Source: Longimicrobiales bacterium (GTDB lineage: Bacteria > Gemmatimonadota > Gemmatimonadetes > Longimicrobiales > Gaopeijiaceae). Taken from it: a DNA stretch of 64,000 nucleotides. Location: contig CBDCNQ010000004.1 in NCBI GenBank assembly GCA_965219445.1, positions 160,001 to 224,000 of the forward strand, written 5' to 3'. A model generated the notes under the pieces. That model searched no databases. It was given only the letters and a program-made list of their open reading frames with translations, and was not told the origin of the DNA. Shown here one piece after another: positions 59,216 to 64,000 of the stretch (within the stretch, counting starts at the first letter, position 1; each line of letters begins with the position of its first letter). The position numbers were made by a program, and so were the translations under genes.

Positions 59216-62200
59216 TCACTGTGGTAGCCCTCGGTGCTCTTTCTGCCGAGCCGCCACTTTCGAAGCCCCCGTGTAGTGCAGATCGTTCCAGCGCTTGCCG
59301 TCGAACGCGGCTCCGGCCGGAGCTCTGAAGTCTGTCCGCGCCTCCTGGCTCTCCGTGCCCGGACACCCCCAGAACCATGGGAAGGCCTCCCGGGGACGCG
59401 GCTCTCCGGGTTCGTTCCCCCGGTCCTTGCACCGCCTGATGTTGGGCTTCCATCGGAGGATTCCGGCACCGGCGCGCCCGCCCTTCCGCAGGTCGGCGCG
59501 CATGAAGGGGCGGATGTTCAGGCGGACGCCGTCGTCGAGGTCCGTGTCCCAGCCGATGGCCTGGGCGTGGAGCGGCTTCCAGCGGACAAAGACATCGCAC
59601 GGAGGCTCGCCTTCAAGGATGCGCTTGAGCTGCGCCTGAAGATCCAGCGCGTGAGCGAGGCGGTCGTCGGCTCCGGGGGTGTCGTCACGCTGTTCCGCCC
59701 GCTGCCGCTGGATCCAATCGTTCAGGTAGGCGTAGGCAAGCGATTCGAGCGTCCGTCGGCCCGTGCCGTCCGGCCCGGCAAGGTGGTGGTAGTTGACGAG
59801 CGCGTGGAATCCGTCCTTGCGGCCGTCCCAGATGTGCCAGAGGAAGGGACGGTTATGGAATAGCTGGCAGTGCTCCTCAAAAAATCGGTCGCGGAGCCAG
59901 TCTTCGAGGGACTGAGGCGGTTGTCCGCCTAGCGCGGAGGCGGCAAGAAGCCGGCGTTCGGTGGCGGAGGACCATTCCCCGCCATAAGCATGTGCAAGAA
60001 GCGCACGAAGACGGTCGGCAGCGCTGGGCTCACCCCGGGCGGCAGAGAGGCAGACGATCCCGTCCGCGTCGGCGAATTGGTCGTATGCACCGCCGCAGTC
60101 CGTGATGGCGCGCTGCTCGAAGGCGAGTCGCATCTCCGGGTCCCGCTCGGCGGGCCAGCGGTAGCCGAGCAGGCGGGCGACGGCGACTTGGAGAACGGTG
60201 CTGTCGAAACGGACCGGGCCGTGTGCGGTGAGCTTGGCGTCTTCGTCCCAAATGACGCTCCGGCAGGGGTCGCCGTGGAAGACCCACTGTGTGGGGTCGT
60301 CGGAATAGGGTTCGGGGAGACCGTTGGGGTAGCGTTCGGCGGCGACCTTGGTCCAGTGGTCGAGGTCGAAGGGGACTTTGACTAGGGTCGCCGCGGTGAC
60401 CTTCAGTGCTTGGTCGATTTGTCGCAGAGCAGTCTCATGCATCCCGGACTCACAGAAACACAATACAGCGGAGGCGTGACTCTCGTCGCGCGGAGCCAGT
60501 ACGCCGACATTGTCATCGAATACTTCGCCGCCGTAGGCGTAGGGTGTGAGTTCCCCTGTCTTCCTGACCGCCACTCCATCGCGCTCCCAGATACCGTGCC
60601 CGTGGATCCGGCATCCGGGCATGGCAAGGAGACTCGGATCACTCAGCGGTACCTTGGCTAGCAGCGACCGACCTGTCCACGGCGATGCCTTATCGTCTCC
60701 AGGAGAGTCTAGCCACTTCACAGACTTAGGCAGAATACGAGGAAGCTCCCAGTAGCGGAGCAAAAACCGGGGACGGTCACCCGTGGTACTGCCCTTCCCG
60801 TAATCCGCGATCAGGGAAAGCAGAGGATGATCCTCGAGCGGCTCTAGCAGAACCCGCGAATCCGGATTCCTGAGCTGCTCCGCTTGGACCGATCTCACCA
60901 CCTTCGCCTCCCCGCTCAGCAGTTCCGCCTTCTCGGCCGCCTTGATCGGGCGCTGCCCCCGCGGAGCCGACACGTCAACCCCTGCCATTTCCCACTCCGA
61001 ACCGGGACGGTCGGCCGACAGGATAGTCAGCGCGACGTTGACGACCTCGCCGCTGATCGTCTCGAACGCCCCGGAACCCAACCGCGCCACCACATTCCAC
61101 GTCCGCTCGTTGAGCAACCTCTCGCGCAGCTTCCGGTATGTCGTCAGGAACAGCCAGTTTTGTGGCGTCACGACCGCCTGCGTGCCGTGCTCGCTCAGCC
61201 ACCGGAAGATCCGCGACACAAAGACCGTCGCGATGTCGCCCTTGGCGTGCCCATGGTGCTCTTCGGCGAACTTCCGAAGTCGGCCGCTCTGCTTTCCCCT
61301 AGCCAGGAACGGCACGTTGGTGACTACAAGCGTGTAGCGGCCCGTTAGGATCTCGGCCGCGCGCGCCATGCCCGCCGCCGCCACGGCCCGTTCATCGCGG
61401 CCTGCGGCTCCCCCTTCCCGCCGGATCACGGCATCGAGCGGCTCCCGAAGGGATTCATACTCTGCCCCGAGTAGATCATCTCCCACGGCACCCGGGTCGA
61501 TCAGAGACCCCAGCTCGCGGGCCTGCCCGAAGAGACGGTGCAGCCGGGCCATCCCCTCCTGTAGCGGTCCCCGCGCGAGAGATGCCTTGCTACCGAAGAG
61601 ATCCGGGTCTTCCGCCAGCCCGGTGAACCCTTCCAGGCGGTCCGTCAACGCAACCCATTCGGCCTCGGAGGCCTCTGGTGCGATTCCCGAGCACGCGATG
61701 TTGAGCGGCGGCAGCCGGATCCACCCACCCGCCATCCGCCATGCCGCAAGCGCCACGTTGAACGCGGCGATCTGGGTGCAACGCGGATCGATCTCCAGTC
61801 CGAAGAGGTTGTCCGTCAGGACCGCGCGAATGGCATCGGGCACGGACAGCGCCTCGTCTTCCATCCGCAGCCGCACCAGAAGATCGAAGGCTTCGACCAG
61901 GAAGTGGCCGCTCCCGCAGCAGGGATCGAGAACGCGAAGGTCACGCACTGCTCGGGGCCAGTCCGGAAACGAGCCCGCCGCCGGGCACCAGGGTCCCGAG
62001 CGCTCGCCGTCCCGGTCTTCCGGAGCCTTGCCACACGCGAAGCGCAAGTAGGTGAAGTCGTATCCGCCGCTGGCCTCGAGGCGCATCCGCTCGCGAAGCG
62101 CATCTTCGCTCACGGCCGCGACCGCAAGTTCCGGGTCCTCCCCCAACACCTTGCCCGCACGCCACGCGCCTATGGTGTTGTGCAGGAGGAACAGCACTAT

Positions 62201-62545
62201 GTAGCGCTCGGTGAAGAGCTGGGTCACTGCAGGAAGCTCGTCCGCGCCGATCTTCTTGCCGCTGCTGTTGACCTGGTCCTTCTCGTCGGCTCTCCAGTAC
62301 TGGTAGGTCCAACCGAGCGAATCCTGCGCCGTGAAGACCGACTCGGGCAGCGACTCGAGAAGTGTTTCGAGCTTCTGCCGGGTCTCGGGGAGCAACGCCA
62401 CCTCGAGGACCGGATCATCCTGGCCGAAGATCTCCGGCAGCATCTTCTCTGCCCACTCTCCCGCCAACTGCCACGGACTGGCGCCCTCTTCGCGGGCCAG
62501 CTCCCTGTATGGTGGAGACAGGTCCGACCTGCTTGAACCATTCAA
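59216..62545 (-). CDS. pglX: BREX adenine methyltransferase PglX, probably 5'-truncated
   Basis: TQLFT, DPCCGSGHF, GLEID, TNVPF, DLDDGV.LN. Confidence 0.85.
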   Translation of the reverse strand: MNGSSRSDLSPPYRELAREEGASPWQLAGEWAEKMLPEIFGQDDPVLEVALLPETRQKLETLLESLPESVFTAQDSLGWTYQYWRADEKDQVNSSGKKIGADELPAVTQLFTERYIVLFLLHNTIGAWRAGKVLGEDPELAVAAVSEDALRERMRLEASGGYDFTYLRFACGKAPEDRDGERSGPWCPAAGSFPDWPRAVRDLRVLDPCCGSGHFLVEAFDLLVRLRMEDEALSVPDAIRAVLTDNLFGLEIDPRCTQIAAFNVALAAWRMAGGWIRLPPLNIACSGIAPEASEAEWVALTDRLEGFTGLAEDPDLFGSKASLARGPLQEGMARLHRLFGQARELGSLIDPGAVGDDLLGAEYESLREPLDAVIRREGGAAGRDERAVAAAGMARAAEILTGRYTLVVTNVPFLARGKQSGRLRKFAEEHHGHAKGDIATVFVSRIFRWLSEHGTQAVVTPQNWLFLTTYRKLRERLLNERTWNVVARLGSGAFETISGEVVNVALTILSADRPGSEWEMAGVDVSAPRGQRPIKAAEKAELLSGEAKVVRSVQAEQLRNPDSRVLLEPLEDHPLLSLIADYGKGSTTGDRPRFLLRYWELPRILPKSVKWLDSPGDDKASPWTGRSLLAKVPLSDPSLLAMPGCRIHGHGIWERDGVAVRKTGELTPYAYGGEVFDDNVGVLAPRDESHASAVLCFCESGMHETALRQIDQALKVTAATLVKVPFDLDHWTKVAAERYPNGLPEPYSDDPTQWVFHGDPCRSVIWDEDAKLTAHGPVRFDSTVLQVAVARLLGYRWPAERDPEMRLAFEQRAITDCGGAYDQFADADGIVCLSAARGEPSAADRLRALLAHAYGGEWSSATERRLLAASALGGQPPQSLEDWLRDRFFEEHCQLFHNRPFLWHIWDGRKDGFHALVNYHHLAGPDGTGRRTLESLAYAYLNDWIQRQRAEQRDDTPGADDRLAHALDLQAQLKRILEGEPPCDVFVRWKPLHAQAIGWDTDLDDGVRLNIRPFMRADLRKGGRAGAGILRWKPNIRRCKDRGNEPGEPRPREAFPWFWGCPGTESQEARTDFRAPAGAAFDGKRWNDLHYTGASKVAARQKEHRGLPQ

Positions 62546-62795
62546 TCCGAACCCGGTCAGACAGCTTCACGACCATCGTCTGGCGATCGGACAGCTTGGG
62601 GAAGCGACCGTTCCACCACTCGGAATTCCATACGGCTGCATCCCAATGTTCTTTGGGGCCGATGTCGACACGATCCCGCGCGTCGGACGGCGGATCGCAT
62701 GCCTCCTGCACGAGGGCGACATCCGCGTCCATTTTATGCAGCCAGCGCCATGGCTCCTTCTGATGGTTGGTGTTCCAGCAAACCACTTTCACCAT
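62505..62795 (-). pseudogene. Endonuclease/exonuclease/phosphatase gene 5' fragment
   Basis: VVCWN and DVALVQE motifs, truncated where pglX sequence begins. Confidence 0.7.
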
Positions 62796-63394
62796 TCGAA
62801 TGCTCCGTTGAGATTTGCCACCCACACCGGCATGATGAGCACCACCGCTATAGACCGCGATCGCCACCGGGCCGAGCAGCCCCGCCACCAGCGACAACGC
62901 CACCGTAACCGTGCCGAGCCCAATCCCCGCCGTCCAGCCTACCGCTTTTACACAAATCCCGGGACACTACCTGAAGGAATTCGGAGAGTACCGCACGCAG
63001 CGCTATGTACGGCGCGCCTTCCACCAACTAGAACGCGGAGAGCTGCCGGGTCTCAATGGGTAGCCCGTCCGGCCGTGCTCTCAACCGCCCGTTACGCAGC
63101 CGACCGGCTCCGCAACGTGGGTCTACCTAATCGGCAGAAACCGCAAGGCATGAGCTGCGAGGCCATGGGCGAGTTCCGCGTTTCTGCGCCCCGCGGCGGC
63201 CTTCGAACGGCTTCTATTTATGCGTTCCTCGGATGGGACCTAATGCGACCCGGATTCCCGCCATTTGATGCCATTTTCTCGCCCTTTAAGCACGGCAGCA
63301 TCAGGTATGGTAGGACGGCAAGTGCGGCAGATCGTGCAGTCCTGGTTGAACTTAGACGATTCCTTGCCGGGATTCACGCCACCGCTACTCTGCC

Positions 63395-63595
63395 TTGCGG
63401 GCGTTGTCCGCGCAGTACGAGATGGAACAGCGGCGGCACTCCGAGCAGGTCGAAGCCTTGCGGCAGCGTGTCGAGCGGCAGACCGGGGAGAACGAAGCCT
63501 TGCAGAGGCGAATCGAGCGGCTCGACGGGCAAGTGACACGCTTGGCCGAGTACTGCAGGATGCTCGCCGCGAAATCGCGCGGCCTCCGCATCTGA
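63395..63595 (+). pseudogene. Coiled-coil fragment, possibly of a mobilisation protein
   Basis: Heptad pattern LRQRVERQ..ENEALQRRIERL.GQVTRL. Confidence 0.35.
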
Positions 63596-63774
63596 TGCGC
63601 CGCCGCGGGCCGGAGCGCGATCATGGTCCGAGCCGCTGACGATCACGTCAAGTCGCTTCCGGCCCGAACGCCGCAACGGGCGGCGCGCCAACAACCACCC
63701 GTCTGGCGGAGATGCCTTCCCGGCGCGAAGTTTCAACCGTGCAGATCGTGCAGTCCATCATGGAGAGGAATCGA

Positions 63775-64000
63775 ATGATGGCACGCACGAAACGAAGTCG
63801 GCGCAGCTATGGCGTCGGCGAATGGGGCCGGAATCGGGTGAGGGTGTTCCCCGATCCCAAAACCGGCCTGTTCCAGATAGAGTGGCGCGAGAACGGGCGC
63901 AGGCTGACCCGGTCGCTCAAGCACCGCGACTGGGCTCGGTCCAAGAGGCAGGCGGACGAGGTTGCCGCTGGCTTCGCGGTCCACGAGCCCGCTGGCAAGG
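63775..64000 (+). CDS. Second tyrosine integrase, N-terminus (runs off window)
   Basis: MMARTKRSRRSYGVGEWGRNRVRVFPDPKTG, close paralog of 42345-43508. Confidence 0.9.
   Translation, partial: MMARTKRSRRSYGVGEWGRNRVRVFPDPKTGLFQIEWRENGRRLTRSLKHRDWARSKRQADEVAAGFAVHEPAGK

Noticed and set aside
62331..63536. 401-aa plus-strand ORF
   Set aside because: Antisense to pglX/EEP fragments with no protein-like motifs

Overview
High-GC bacterial window, most likely Gemmatimonadota (inferred from gene order and the rpoZ/secG/HU sequences; not verified). About 1-27.9 kb is core genome, mostly on the minus strand: moaA/E/D, an ECF sigma/anti-sigma trio, HU, carA, rnhA, lipB, an E2 acyltransferase, secG-tpiA-pgk-gap, comF, aroE, tsaC, ispD, dnaB, udg, coaBC, rpoZ, gmk, yicC, pepA, icd and an Fe3+ ABC pair. 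It also holds an unannotated ~350-nt structured RNA with its own promoter and terminator (4899-5281). From ~27.9 kb the sequence is accessory and heavily decayed: a Na+-pumping decarboxylase module, vapBC, a broken SOS mutagenesis locus (imuB, a DUF6504-like gene, recX) sharing a TTCG-N7-TTCG operator-like motif, IS256 and a CBS-HEPN-like gene. A tyrosine-integrase island follows (~42.3-64 kb). It carries an NTase+unknown gene pair, a multi-Ubl-E2 / JAB-E1 / DUF6527-like ubiquitination operon facing a CapH/CapP-like regulator pair across a degenerate IS3, and a 5'-truncated BREX cluster (pglX-pglZ-brxL). All family assignments come from motif recognition by eye, not database searches.
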